The notes below the pieces were generated by a model. That model saw only the letters and a list, made by a program, of their open reading frames with translations, was not told the origin of the DNA and ran no database searches. Shown one piece after another: positions 51,741 to 60,755 of a DNA stretch of 63,389 bases. Source of the DNA: Acidobacteriota bacterium (GTDB lineage Bacteria; Acidobacteriota; Thermoanaerobaculia; Multivoradales; J023); NCBI GenBank assembly GCA_039184055.1, contig JBCDBH010000001.1, positions 1-63,389 on the forward strand, written 5' to 3'. The translations under genes and the position numbers were made by a program. Each line of letters opens with the position of its first letter. The first letter of the stretch is position 1.

Positions 51741-52958
51741 ATGACACCTACACCACACGACCAAGACTTCCCGCACGGTGCCAGCCAACTCGCCAAAGCC
51801 ATCGAAGACGCGCGCAAGATCATGTTCGCCGCGCCCTGGATCGAAGACAGCCCGGATCCTGAGAAGGAACGGGCGGCCGCCGAGCGACAGCTGAAGCATC
51901 AGCTCGCGGCCGCGCTCGATCAGGGGTTCATCCTCCATGACGAGTGCCAGCCACAGCTTCGGTTGCTGAACCAACACAACCAATTCGGTCTCGTCAATCC
52001 AGACAACCGCTATTACATCGGCACCATCAAGACACCCGGCACCTACACCCTGCGGGGCAGACGGGGAACCAGCGCCGATCTGCAGATTCAGCTGGGCGGT
52101 GGGGAGATCTCCGATCCCAACCTCGATCCCGTCAGCCTGCTCTCGCATGAAGACCTCGTGGTCGACGACGACGACAATTTCGTGATCACCATCAGCGATA
52201 CCGATCCGGGTGGTGGCAACTGGCTCAGCAACAAGAACGGAGCCCTCACGGCGAAGAACATCCTGATTCGCGAGAGCTTCATGGATTGGAATACCGAGGT
52301 GGGCTCCACCTGGTACCTCGAGCGCACGGACACGCGTGGCATGCCGAGCCCGCTTCCCGATCGTGACCTCGTCGACTACCAATACGAACGTGCCTCGAAC
52401 TACCTCGTGGAGTCCGCCGCCACCTGGGTCGGGCTGGTCACCAGGCTACTCGACGAGATCCCACGTGGCATTGTGATGCCACCGAAGGAAACCAAGCTCC
52501 CAGGTCAATTCGCTTCCGTCGGCATCTTTCGTATCCAGCCGGACAAGGCGTTCATCATCACGGTGCCCAAGGCTCGCGCGCGGTACCAGGCCGTGCAAGT
52601 TGGCGATCTCTGGTTCAGCGGCCTGGACTTCTGTCACCGGCAGACGAGCCTCACCCTCGCGCAAGCGCGACCGAGTAGCGACGGTCTCTACCGGATGGTG
52701 CTGAGCGCCGAGGATCCCGGTGTCGCCAATTGGTTGGATCCAGCCGGTGCATCCACCTCCTTCATGTACATTCGGTGGCAAGGGCTTCGGAAGCGACACG
52801 ATTTCAAGCCATCCAACTCTCCCCGGGCCCGCCGGGTCGATTTCGACAGGATCCGCGAACACCTGCCCGACGACGAGCCGGATTTCTCGGCCGAAGAGCG
52901 AAAGGAGCAGCTGGCGGCCCGGCAGGCCGCGGGGTTGCGAAGTCCACGCGCGTTTTAA
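51741..52958 (+). CDS. Hypothetical protein
   Basis: About 405-aa ORF from ATG 51741 (the track start at 51723 is TTG). The composition is coding-like. It may be DUF1214-like, but I cannot support a family call. Confidence 0.55.
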   Translation: MTPTPHDQDFPHGASQLAKAIEDARKIMFAAPWIEDSPDPEKERAAAERQLKHQLAAALDQGFILHDECQPQLRLLNQHNQFGLVNPDNRYYIGTIKTPGTYTLRGRRGTSADLQIQLGGGEISDPNLDPVSLLSHEDLVVDDDDNFVITISDTDPGGGNWLSNKNGALTAKNILIRESFMDWNTEVGSTWYLERTDTRGMPSPLPDRDLVDYQYERASNYLVESAATWVGLVTRLLDEIPRGIVMPPKETKLPGQFASVGIFRIQPDKAFIITVPKARARYQAVQVGDLWFSGLDFCHRQTSLTLAQARPSSDGLYRMVLSAEDPGVANWLDPAGASTSFMYIRWQGLRKRHDFKPSNSPRARRVDFDRIREHLPDDEPDFSAEERKEQLAARQAAGLRSPRAF

Positions 52959-53051
52959 GGGCGTGCCGTCCTAGAGCTACTTCTCGGGTTGGGATAAATT
53001 GCACGGTGTTGAGTCGTGTCATCCGGTTCCATCCGTCGAGGAGAGTGCAAC

Positions 53052-54599
53052 ATGGTTCGTTCGCTGGTGTTCTGGATGTGTGTGTCGATCGCGGTGACGG
53101 GTCATGCGGCGACTGTCGTTCCCGTGAGTGACGCGCATGTGGTCGACGAAGCGGACGCGATCGTCGTCGGGGTCGTGGTGTCTGAAGAGACGGTCATGGG
53201 CTGCGAGCCGCTGTCGATCTGCACGCGTTATCGCGTCGTGGTGGAGCGTGGTCTCAAGGGCGGCGTCGAGAGGGATGCGCTGATTTCGGTGCGGATCCCG
53301 GGTGGCCAAATCAATAAAGATGGCGTGCTGTCAGCCATGAGGGTTTCGGCGGCGCCGATCATGAAGCGTGGTGATCGGGTGCTGCTGATGCTGGAGCAAG
53401 GGGATCGTGACTACACCTTGCGTCACTACGGTCTCGACGCCTTTCTCGCCGTACCGTCCGCCGAAGGGGAGCTGGCGGTGTCGATGCTCGGTGAAGCCGA
53501 GATGCTCGGCGCGCATCCATTCGCCGCCAATCGGGCGCGCCGTTTCGACGCCTTCGTCGACGCCATCGCGCGCAACGAGCTCGGCGATCGGTCGTATTGG
53601 GTCAGGGCGCACGTTCCGCCGCATCTCACCGAGCGTAACTTTCAGCAGTGTCCCGATCTACCGCTTGTCGTCAGTCATGAGTGGCGCCTCAGCGGCACGG
53701 TCGATGGCTTTAGCGTCGACGATTTCGTGACCCTGACCATCGACGCGCTCAACGCCTGGAACGACGAGGTTCCGAGTCTCGCCGTGCCGTTTGTCGGTTC
53801 CACCACCGCGACTTGGAACAACCTCAATGACGACATCAGCGTGATCACCCAGGATCCGCAGAGCTTCCTGCCGACCTTCAGTCCGACCACCGGTGGCATC
53901 GTCGCCGCCGCGACACGCGTCTCGACGTGTCGTCCCAGCCAGGGGTTTCGTGAGATTCACGATGGTTTCGTCATCATCGCCAATGGCGCGGGTCCGTGGT
54001 TGAGCAGCGGTGTTCAAGGTCTCACCAACGTCGGCGGGCTCACCATGACTCACGAATTCGGTCATACCCTCGGCGCCGGCCACTCCTGTGGCGACTCCGT
54101 CACCCCAGCCTGCTCCACATCTTCGTATCTGAACGCCGCCACCATGCGTGCCTTCCTGCAAACCGACGGTCGGGGCACCGCGCTCGGGCAGTGGGATCGG
54201 GATTTTCTCGACAGCCGCTTCGCCAACAACACCGGCGCGACGTCATGCCAGCCGTCGTCGACCGTCTTGTGTCTCAACGGCGGTCGCTTTCAGGCTGAAG
54301 TCTCATGGCGTGATTTCACCAACAACACCGGCGACGCCACCGCGCGCGACCTCGCCGACGTCGACGATTCGGGTCTTTTCTGGTTCTTCGACCCGAACAA
54401 CATCGAAATGCTGATCAAAGTGCTCGACGGCTGCGCCATCAACGGCCACTACTGGGTCTTCGCCGCCGCTACCACCAACGTCGAATACACCATCCGCGTC
54501 ACCGATACCTCGATCGGCACCGTCCGCACCTACACCAACACCCTAGGCAACGCCTCACCAGCCTTCACCGAAAACATGGCGTTCGCGACCTGTCCGTAA
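53052..54599 (+). CDS. Secreted metzincin-type zinc metalloprotease with Cys-containing C-terminal domain
   Basis: GAGGAG RBS before ATG 53052. Signal peptide MVRSLVFWMCVSIAVTGHA. Extended zinc motif HEFGHTLGAGH (HExxHxxGxxH). A C-terminal ~120-aa domain (CLNGGRFQAEVSWRD...SGLFWFFDPNNIEMLIKVLDGC...). Confidence 0.75.
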   Translation: MVRSLVFWMCVSIAVTGHAATVVPVSDAHVVDEADAIVVGVVVSEETVMGCEPLSICTRYRVVVERGLKGGVERDALISVRIPGGQINKDGVLSAMRVSAAPIMKRGDRVLLMLEQGDRDYTLRHYGLDAFLAVPSAEGELAVSMLGEAEMLGAHPFAANRARRFDAFVDAIARNELGDRSYWVRAHVPPHLTERNFQQCPDLPLVVSHEWRLSGTVDGFSVDDFVTLTIDALNAWNDEVPSLAVPFVGSTTATWNNLNDDISVITQDPQSFLPTFSPTTGGIVAAATRVSTCRPSQGFREIHDGFVIIANGAGPWLSSGVQGLTNVGGLTMTHEFGHTLGAGHSCGDSVTPACSTSSYLNAATMRAFLQTDGRGTALGQWDRDFLDSRFANNTGATSCQPSSTVLCLNGGRFQAEVSWRDFTNNTGDATARDLADVDDSGLFWFFDPNNIEMLIKVLDGCAINGHYWVFAAATTNVEYTIRVTDTSIGTVRTYTNTLGNASPAFTENMAFATCP

Positions 54600-54600
54600 G

Positions 54601-54795
54601 CTAGTCGAGGTCGAGATCATGGAGAGACGTGGCGTCGAGGAGTCGTATCGCTAGCTCATCGATTTCGGTCGGGCTCTTGGCTTCGACCTTCTTTCGTGCC
54701 GTGGGAGTTAGGGTGCCAAAGCGATGTTCGAGCAGGTTGCAGACCATGCGGCCTTGAGTCTTCCATGCCACTTCTTCGAAATAGCTGAGTTCCAT
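54601..54795 (-). CDS. Small DUF4351-like protein (possible remnant of an Rpn/YhgA-like PD-(D/E)xK nuclease gene)
   Basis: MELSYFEEVAWKTQGRMVCNLLEHRFGTLTPTARKKVEAKSPTEIDELAIRLLDATSLHDL resembles the C-terminal DUF4351 module. No nuclease domain lies upstream, only AT-rich non-coding DNA. Confidence 0.45.
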   Translation of the reverse strand: MELSYFEEVAWKTQGRMVCNLLEHRFGTLTPTARKKVEAKSPTEIDELAIRLLDATSLHDLDLD

Positions 54796-55041
54796 GCGTC
54801 TGACCTCCCAATAGTTGAGCTCGCGGAGAATTCTCTCGCAATCAAGAATAGTATCCGAAAAAGAAATCGTTAAATGTGCCAAGTCTAGCTATTGATTCGC
54901 AATATGCACGATTCGTCGTATTTTGGACCCTATCGGAAAAGAATTTCGGCGTGGAATCTCGAACAACAGGCTATCGACGAGCATTGGCCCGCCGAACTCT
55001 CGAACGCTAGTGAATCGGAGACGATTTTCCGCCAAAGTCGG

Positions 55042-55062
55042 TTTTCGACACCCTGTCGAAAA
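55042..55062. terminator. 9-bp stem hairpin just downstream of the minus-strand glycosyltransferase
   Basis: TTTTCGACA-ccc-TGTCGAAAA, 12 nt past the stop at 55074. The A/T runs are within the stem rather than trailing it, so it is non-canonical. Confidence 0.35.
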
Positions 55063-55073
55063 GCGCTTCTACG

Positions 55074-56255
55074 TCATGCGTCCCAGCCGGCAACCCGTCG
55101 ATAGAGGTTTTCGTAGCGTCGCAGGATTTCGGTGAGGGCGAAGCGTTCTTCGATGCGACGACGCGCGGCGAGGCCGAGGTTGGTCCAGAGCTCGCCGTCT
55201 TCGGTGAGGCGGAGCAGGGCGTCGGCGATGGCGTCACGGTCGCCGCTCGGGACGAGCAGGCCGTCGACGCCGTCGGTGACGATTTCGGGGACGCCGCCGA
55301 CTTCGGTGGAGATGACGGCACAGCCACAGGCCATGGCTTCGAGCAGGGCGTTGGGCGAGCCTTCTTCTCGCGAGGTGAGGGCGAAGACGTCGAGCGCGGG
55401 AAGGATGTCGGGGATGTCACCGCGACGACCGAGGAAGTGGGCGCGGTCACCGAGCTGTTGCTTGGCCTGGGCTTCGAGGGCTTCGCGCTCGGGGCCGTCG
55501 CCGACCAGGACGAGACGGAGATCGGCGCCACGTTGGCGCGCCTCGGCGACGGCATCGATCAACAGGTCGTAGCGTTTGGTGGTGGCGAGACGACCGACGG
55601 CGCCGACCAGGATGCTCTCGCCGTCGTCACCGGGTAGGGCGAGGGCGCGTCGGGCACCGGCATGGTTGCGATCGGCGCGGTCGCCGGGGTGGAAGCGTTC
55701 GGCGTCGACGCCGTTGCCGATCACTTCGATCACCGCTGGATCGACGCCTTCATCGACCATCCGTGCCTTGACCGCCTCGGAGACGGCTTCGGTCATGGTG
55801 CAGGCGCCGCGGGTGATACGGAGCGCCATGGCGGGCAGGCGTCCACGCATGGCGGCGAGGCTGCGCTGGCCACAGAGCACCGGTGGTTTGGATGTGGCGC
55901 GTCGTGCCGCGAGGCCGGCCATGACGTTGGCGCGATAGAGCAGGCCGTGTACCAGGTCGTAGCCTTCACCGTCGTGGGCTTCGTCGAAGATCTTGGCGAG
56001 ATGGATGGTGCCGAGCAGGATCGCGGGGAGCTGCCACACCGGCACGGAGGGGGGCATATCGAGGCTATGCACGGGAAAGCCGGCGTCGGCGATGGTCTTG
56101 CCGGCGCGTCCGGGCGTGCATAGGGAGCAGACCTCGACGGCCACCCGTGCCGGGTCGAGACGGGTGGCGAGGTTGACCAACATGCCTTCGGTACCGCCGA
56201 CGTCACTGGTGGTGACCACGGCGAGCAGGCGGAGCGGGCGATCAGGCGTGGGCAT
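55074..56255 (-). CDS. Glycosyltransferase family 4 (GT-B)
   Basis: The N-terminus LRLLAVVTTSDVGGTEGMLVNLA. C-terminal E-x7-E region REEGSPNALLEAMACGCAVISTEVGGVPEIV. Confidence 0.85.
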   Translation of the reverse strand: MPTPDRPLRLLAVVTTSDVGGTEGMLVNLATRLDPARVAVEVCSLCTPGRAGKTIADAGFPVHSLDMPPSVPVWQLPAILLGTIHLAKIFDEAHDGEGYDLVHGLLYRANVMAGLAARRATSKPPVLCGQRSLAAMRGRLPAMALRITRGACTMTEAVSEAVKARMVDEGVDPAVIEVIGNGVDAERFHPGDRADRNHAGARRALALPGDDGESILVGAVGRLATTKRYDLLIDAVAEARQRGADLRLVLVGDGPEREALEAQAKQQLGDRAHFLGRRGDIPDILPALDVFALTSREEGSPNALLEAMACGCAVISTEVGGVPEIVTDGVDGLLVPSGDRDAIADALLRLTEDGELWTNLGLAARRRIEERFALTEILRRYENLYRRVAGWDA

Positions 56256-57621
56256 CGTCGTCCTCGCGAATGCCGAGCATGGCGCGGCTGATTTTCGAGA
56301 TCACCAGACGACGTTTACCGGCGCCGGAGAGGGGAATGTCGTCGACCCACTCGATGTCGATCGCGAGCTCGCCACGTGTGGTGTCGGCGAGACTGCTCGT
56401 CACCTCTTTTTCGACCGCCGTGCGATCGACCCCGTCACGACCGACGAGCAGGATGCGCATGCGATCGAGCTCGTCTTGATGCACCTGGTAGCGATGGATG
56501 CTCTGGATGTTCTTGAAGAGCACCACGAAGACGTGGGTCACCAAAAAGGCGCCGCTGGGTAAGACGACGAGATCGGGCATCCGCCCTTCGATGCGTTCGA
56601 GCATCGGCAGACTGCGTCCACACGGGCTACGGAGCCCGGGGTCGGCGGCCACCGCGACGTCGCCGAGCTCGTAGCGGATCAGCGGCATGGCGTCATTGTC
56701 GAGCTGGGTGGCGATGATCCGACCGCGTTCGCCGGGGGCTACCGGCCCGTCGGGGCCGATGATCTCGAAGATGGCGTTTTCGGGATGGAGCAGAAAGCGC
56801 TCGCCACTCTCGAGGCTTTGACTGGCGAGATGAAAGCCCTCGCCTCCGGCGCCGTAGTAATCGAGCACCCGCACCCCGAACGCTTCTTCGATGGTGTCGC
56901 GATAGGCGGGGTAGAGCGTGTCACCGGTGGCGGTGATGCTACGCATCGACGGGGTGCGCAGGTTGTTGTCGAGCATGAAGCGAGCGAGTGCGTAGAGCGA
57001 CGAGGAGAAGCCGTTGAGATAAGGGATGCGCCGTCGGTTGATCGTGTCGACCAGGGTGCGAGCGTCGAGATTGTCGGCATTGAAGGTCAGATACGCACAG
57101 CGAAAAAGCCGGTCTTGCAGCTTCTTTTTCCAGCCCAAACGCGGATTGAGATTGATCGTCAGATAGGGATCGCCGGGACGATAGCCACCCCAGCCCCAGA
57201 TCCGGAAGCGCAACGCCCAAAACCAGCTTTCTTGCTCCATCGAGCGATGAAAGACCATCGGCGAGCCGGTGGAGCCACTGGTCCGACTGCTGATCACCCG
57301 GCCCTTGTAGACGTCGAGCGGAAAGGCGCCTGTTGCTGCTTGAAAACGCGCTTTGGTGACGATCGGTACGCCGTCGAGCGGCTCGTAGGTCGACGGTGGC
57401 CCGGGCTCGCGCTCCCAGAGCTCACGATAGAAGGTGCTGTGGCGACGCGTGAAATCGAGCGTTCGGGTGAGCTTGTCGAGCTGCCGTCGGCGGATCTCGC
57501 CGCGATCCAGATATTCAGTATCGCGGAGGTGAGCGAGCTTGCGCCCGATCGCGGTGCCGTTCAGCCGATCGAGCATCGGAAAGACGGTGGGCTCGAAGAG
57601 GCGGGTGTAGAGATCGGCCAT
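56242..57621 (-). CDS. Phenylacetate--CoA ligase-family (CapK-like) adenylate-forming enzyme
   Basis: ATG 57621 (MADLYTRLFEPTVFPML...). P-loop-like SSRTSGSTGSPMVF. The overall layout matches PaaK/CapK-type ligases common in polysaccharide loci. Confidence 0.75.
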   Translation of the reverse strand: MADLYTRLFEPTVFPMLDRLNGTAIGRKLAHLRDTEYLDRGEIRRRQLDKLTRTLDFTRRHSTFYRELWEREPGPPSTYEPLDGVPIVTKARFQAATGAFPLDVYKGRVISSRTSGSTGSPMVFHRSMEQESWFWALRFRIWGWGGYRPGDPYLTINLNPRLGWKKKLQDRLFRCAYLTFNADNLDARTLVDTINRRRIPYLNGFSSSLYALARFMLDNNLRTPSMRSITATGDTLYPAYRDTIEEAFGVRVLDYYGAGGEGFHLASQSLESGERFLLHPENAIFEIIGPDGPVAPGERGRIIATQLDNDAMPLIRYELGDVAVAADPGLRSPCGRSLPMLERIEGRMPDLVVLPSGAFLVTHVFVVLFKNIQSIHRYQVHQDELDRMRILLVGRDGVDRTAVEKEVTSSLADTTRGELAIDIEWVDDIPLSGAGKRRLVISKISRAMLGIREDDDAHA

Positions 57622-57641
57622 GTCGGACCCTCGAAGAACGT

Positions 57642-58670
57642 TTAGCGACCACGGAAGCGACGCAGCCACACGCGCAGGGCTTCGTCGAAGAGCCCGGCGA
57701 GCCGGGCGTCGAGCACCGCCGTCGAGTCGCTCCCGACTCCGAGACGGTGCAGCCGATACAGGTCATGCTCGACCCCGTTGGCGCCCCGGATGGTCGAGCA
57801 GGCGGCGTTGAATCCAGAGCTCCGGAGACTATCAACCGTCGTCTGGTCGAAGTCATGGGCGCTGCCGTTGGGATAGGCGAAGAGGGTCGGCCGATGACCG
57901 ATCATCGCTTCGATCCGGTCGCGCGACTCGATGATTTCGCGACGTTGCTCGTCGCCGTCGAGGATGCTGAGAATCGGGTGGGTGACGGTGTGGGCGCCGA
58001 ATTCGACGCCCTGCTCGAGCAGGGCGCGCACCGTCGGCCAGGGAATCGGTCGCGCCGGCGGTCGCGGCGCATCGAATTGCTCGAGCAGCGTGGCGAGATT
58101 GGCGGTGGCGCGCCGACGTACGGGCGCCGGGTGGTATTTGAGCTTGCGCACCAGATCCGACACCGGTGAACGCGGTGGCCACTCGTCGAACACGCCGGCG
58201 AGCCGGTGCTCGGAAGGCGGATTGGGGACGCGGGCCAAGGCTTCGAGCGCGCGCCGCGCGGTATCGAACCACAGAGGTTCGCCGTCGAGAAAACCGGTGG
58301 TGAGAAAGATCGTCGCGGTGGCTCCGGCGTCACGCAGCACCGGCCAGGCGTTGTCGGCGTTGCCGAGCAGACCGTCGTCGAAGGTGATGACGAGCAGATC
58401 GCGCTCGAGCTGCTGATACCGCAGCGCATCGACCGCCGTTCCGAGACTGACGATCGGAAAGTGCTTTTGGAGATGACGGATATGGGTGGCGAATCGTGAC
58501 CGGCTGACGACGCTCTCGCGCTCATGATCGTCGGGTGAGACGTCGTGATACTCGAGGATGAACACGCGATAGTGACCACGCTTGCGCCGTCTGAGATGAC
58601 GGAGCCGCGTCCAGCCGCTGGCCACCGCGAGCCGCGAGACGAGGCTGACGAGGGCGCGTCGTCGGCTCAT
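57642..58670 (-). CDS. Polysaccharide deacetylase (NodB/CE4) family protein
   Basis: NodB motifs ITFDDGLLGN and GAHTVTHPIL. ATG 58670 overlaps the upstream stop (ATGA). Confidence 0.85.
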   Translation of the reverse strand: MSRRRALVSLVSRLAVASGWTRLRHLRRRKRGHYRVFILEYHDVSPDDHERESVVSRSRFATHIRHLQKHFPIVSLGTAVDALRYQQLERDLLVITFDDGLLGNADNAWPVLRDAGATATIFLTTGFLDGEPLWFDTARRALEALARVPNPPSEHRLAGVFDEWPPRSPVSDLVRKLKYHPAPVRRRATANLATLLEQFDAPRPPARPIPWPTVRALLEQGVEFGAHTVTHPILSILDGDEQRREIIESRDRIEAMIGHRPTLFAYPNGSAHDFDQTTVDSLRSSGFNAACSTIRGANGVEHDLYRLHRLGVGSDSTAVLDARLAGLFDEALRVWLRRFRGR

Positions 58671-59914
58671 GACTTGTTGAGCTTAGTCGATTCGCTCTTA
58701 GCCGCGCGATGCCGATCGATGGCGTGCTGGCAGGCGTCGACGACGCGCCGCGCGTTGTCTTGCCAGGTGAGCGACGTGCGAGCGCGTTCGGCGGCGGCGG
58801 CGCCGAGCGCGCGGCGTCGTTCGGGGTCGTCCACCAGGTCGAGCACCGTCTCGACCATCGCCTCGTCGTTGCCGGGTGGAAAGAGCAGGCCTTCCTCGCC
58901 GTCACGCATCAGCTCGCCGAGCGGGCCGTGGCCCGGTGCGACGATGGCGCGACCGGCGGCCATCCATTCGAGCACCTTGAGCGGGCATTGATACCAGGCG
59001 GCTTCGGCGAGCACGCCGATATCGAGACACGCCACCAGCGCCGGCACCCGTTCGTGGGGCACGCGCCCGGTGAAGAGCACGCGCTCACCGAGGGGTGCGA
59101 GCGCGTCGCGCAGCGTCTCCATGCCTGAACCGGCGCCGACAAAAAGAAAGCACGTCGCGTCGCGTTGGCTGGCCACCGTGGTCACCAGACGGGCGAGCCG
59201 GTCCATATCGTGCCAAGGCTGAAACGAGCCGACGTAGCCGATGACGGTTTTGGAGCCGTGGTTGGTCTCGGAGCCGGCCGTCGCACCGAGTCGTTCGAGG
59301 GTCTCTGAATCGGGCTCGATGCCGGGATGGAAGACATCGATATCGGCGCCGTTGGGCACCACGAAAAGCTTGTCGGACGCGACCCCGTCATCGGCGAAAT
59401 GTGCCGCCAACGCGCCCGACACCACGGTGATCGCCTGGGCGCGACGTCGTTTGTAGCGTCCACACCAGCGACGCAGCGTCAGCCAGTTGACGTATTCCGA
59501 GCGGTATTTGGCCAGCTCTTCGAGCGGTCCGTTGATCTCCAACACGAGCGGTAGATCGAGCCGTCGAGCGACGATCGGCGCCGAGATCGACAGACCCTGG
59601 CTGCGCACCAAAAGCACATCGGGACGATTGCCGGTGCGGAGCAGTGCGGTTTCGCGGGGGATGTATCGCGCGTTCCAATAGAACTCTTTGGGGTCGTGGA
59701 GATAGCGACCGAAGTGCCGTTTCGCCCAGGCGCGAAAGCGGGAAGTGAGCGGTGGTCGCCCCCCTCCACTGCCACTGTTTGTCGACGCAGGCGCCAAATT
59801 GCCGGCATGCACATCGACCCTGTGGCCGAGCGCGCGGGCGCCGTCGGCGAATTGCCGAACGTGTTGAAACGCCGTGTCGCGGCCGAAGAGATAGTGGATA
59901 TACGCGATGTGCAC
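58667..59914 (-). CDS. Glycosyltransferase family 4-like (GT-B)
   Basis: MHIAYIHYLFG...GHRVDVHA N-terminal domain. C-terminal donor-binding region CPLKVLEWMAAGRAIVAPGHGPLGELM. Confidence 0.75.
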   Translation of the reverse strand: MHIAYIHYLFGRDTAFQHVRQFADGARALGHRVDVHAGNLAPASTNSGSGGGRPPLTSRFRAWAKRHFGRYLHDPKEFYWNARYIPRETALLRTGNRPDVLLVRSQGLSISAPIVARRLDLPLVLEINGPLEELAKYRSEYVNWLTLRRWCGRYKRRRAQAITVVSGALAAHFADDGVASDKLFVVPNGADIDVFHPGIEPDSETLERLGATAGSETNHGSKTVIGYVGSFQPWHDMDRLARLVTTVASQRDATCFLFVGAGSGMETLRDALAPLGERVLFTGRVPHERVPALVACLDIGVLAEAAWYQCPLKVLEWMAAGRAIVAPGHGPLGELMRDGEEGLLFPPGNDEAMVETVLDLVDDPERRRALGAAAAERARTSLTWQDNARRVVDACQHAIDRHRAAKSESTKLNKS

Positions 59915-59951
59915 CGGGCGATCTTAAATCACGTCACGGTAGGCTCGGGAC

Positions 59952-60755
59952 ATGAAGTGGTTTTCATGGCTTGCGATCGTTGCTCTCGGTGTTCTGATGT
60001 CGATGCCTGCTGTGGCGCAGCCCGGGCGTCCACCCGGTCCACCGCTCCGCGTCGAAGCGCATCCGCCGTTTCGTTCCGGGCCGCCGCGACCGCCAACGGT
60101 GAGGTTTCCCGATCGTTTTCCGCCCGCTTTCCCGCCGCTTGTCGATCACGGTGGCAAGCCGGAAGGTCTCGACGTCAGCCATTTTCAGCATGAGATCGAC
60201 TGGCGCGCGGTGCGCTCGAGTCGCGCGGTGTTCGTTTATGTGAAGGCCACGGAGGGGGTCGATCTACCCGACGAGCTTTTCGCCGAGAATTGGCGGGGAG
60301 CGGGTGAGGTCGGCCTGCTGCGTGGCGCGTACCATGTGTTTCAGCCGCTCGACGATGGCGCCGCGCAGGCGCGGTTTTTTCTCGAGGTCGCCAAGCCGCG
60401 CTCGGGCGATTTGCTACCCATGCTCGATGTCGAGGTGCGCAAGGATGTCGATGCCGCGACGCTGTTGGCGCGTGTTCAGGCGTGGCTCGACACGGTCGAG
60501 GAGGCGCTCGGGGTCAAGCCGGTTGTCTACACCAATCCGCGTTTTTGGAATGCGCTCGGCGGTGCGAGCTTCGATGCCTATCCGCTGTGGGTCGCCGAAT
60601 ATGGCGTGCCCGCGCCCGTGGTGCCGACGGCCTGGAGCCGTTGGACGCTGTGGCAGCACACCCGCCAGGGTCGGGTGCCCGGGGTGGTCAAACCGGTCGA
60701 TCTCGACCGGTTCAACGGTTCGTTCGAGGAGCTGCGTCGCGCGGTGATCCCGTGA
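59952..60755 (+). CDS. Secreted GH25 muramidase (lysozyme)
   Basis: Signal peptide MKWFSWLAIVALGVLMSMPAVA, then a Pro-rich linker. GH25 blocks GLDVSHFQHEIDWRAV, FVYVKATEG, LRGAYHVF and DLDRFNGS. Confidence 0.85.
   Translation: MKWFSWLAIVALGVLMSMPAVAQPGRPPGPPLRVEAHPPFRSGPPRPPTVRFPDRFPPAFPPLVDHGGKPEGLDVSHFQHEIDWRAVRSSRAVFVYVKATEGVDLPDELFAENWRGAGEVGLLRGAYHVFQPLDDGAAQARFFLEVAKPRSGDLLPMLDVEVRKDVDAATLLARVQAWLDTVEEALGVKPVVYTNPRFWNALGGASFDAYPLWVAEYGVPAPVVPTAWSRWTLWQHTRQGRVPGVVKPVDLDRFNGSFEELRRAVIP

Noticed and set aside
54892-55135. Two overlapping 70-aa plus-strand ORFs in the AT-rich junction.
   Set aside because: They are short and mutually overlapping in different frames, have no RBS, and overlap the 3' end of the GT4 gene. 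They are most likely chance ORFs allowed by a local lack of stops.
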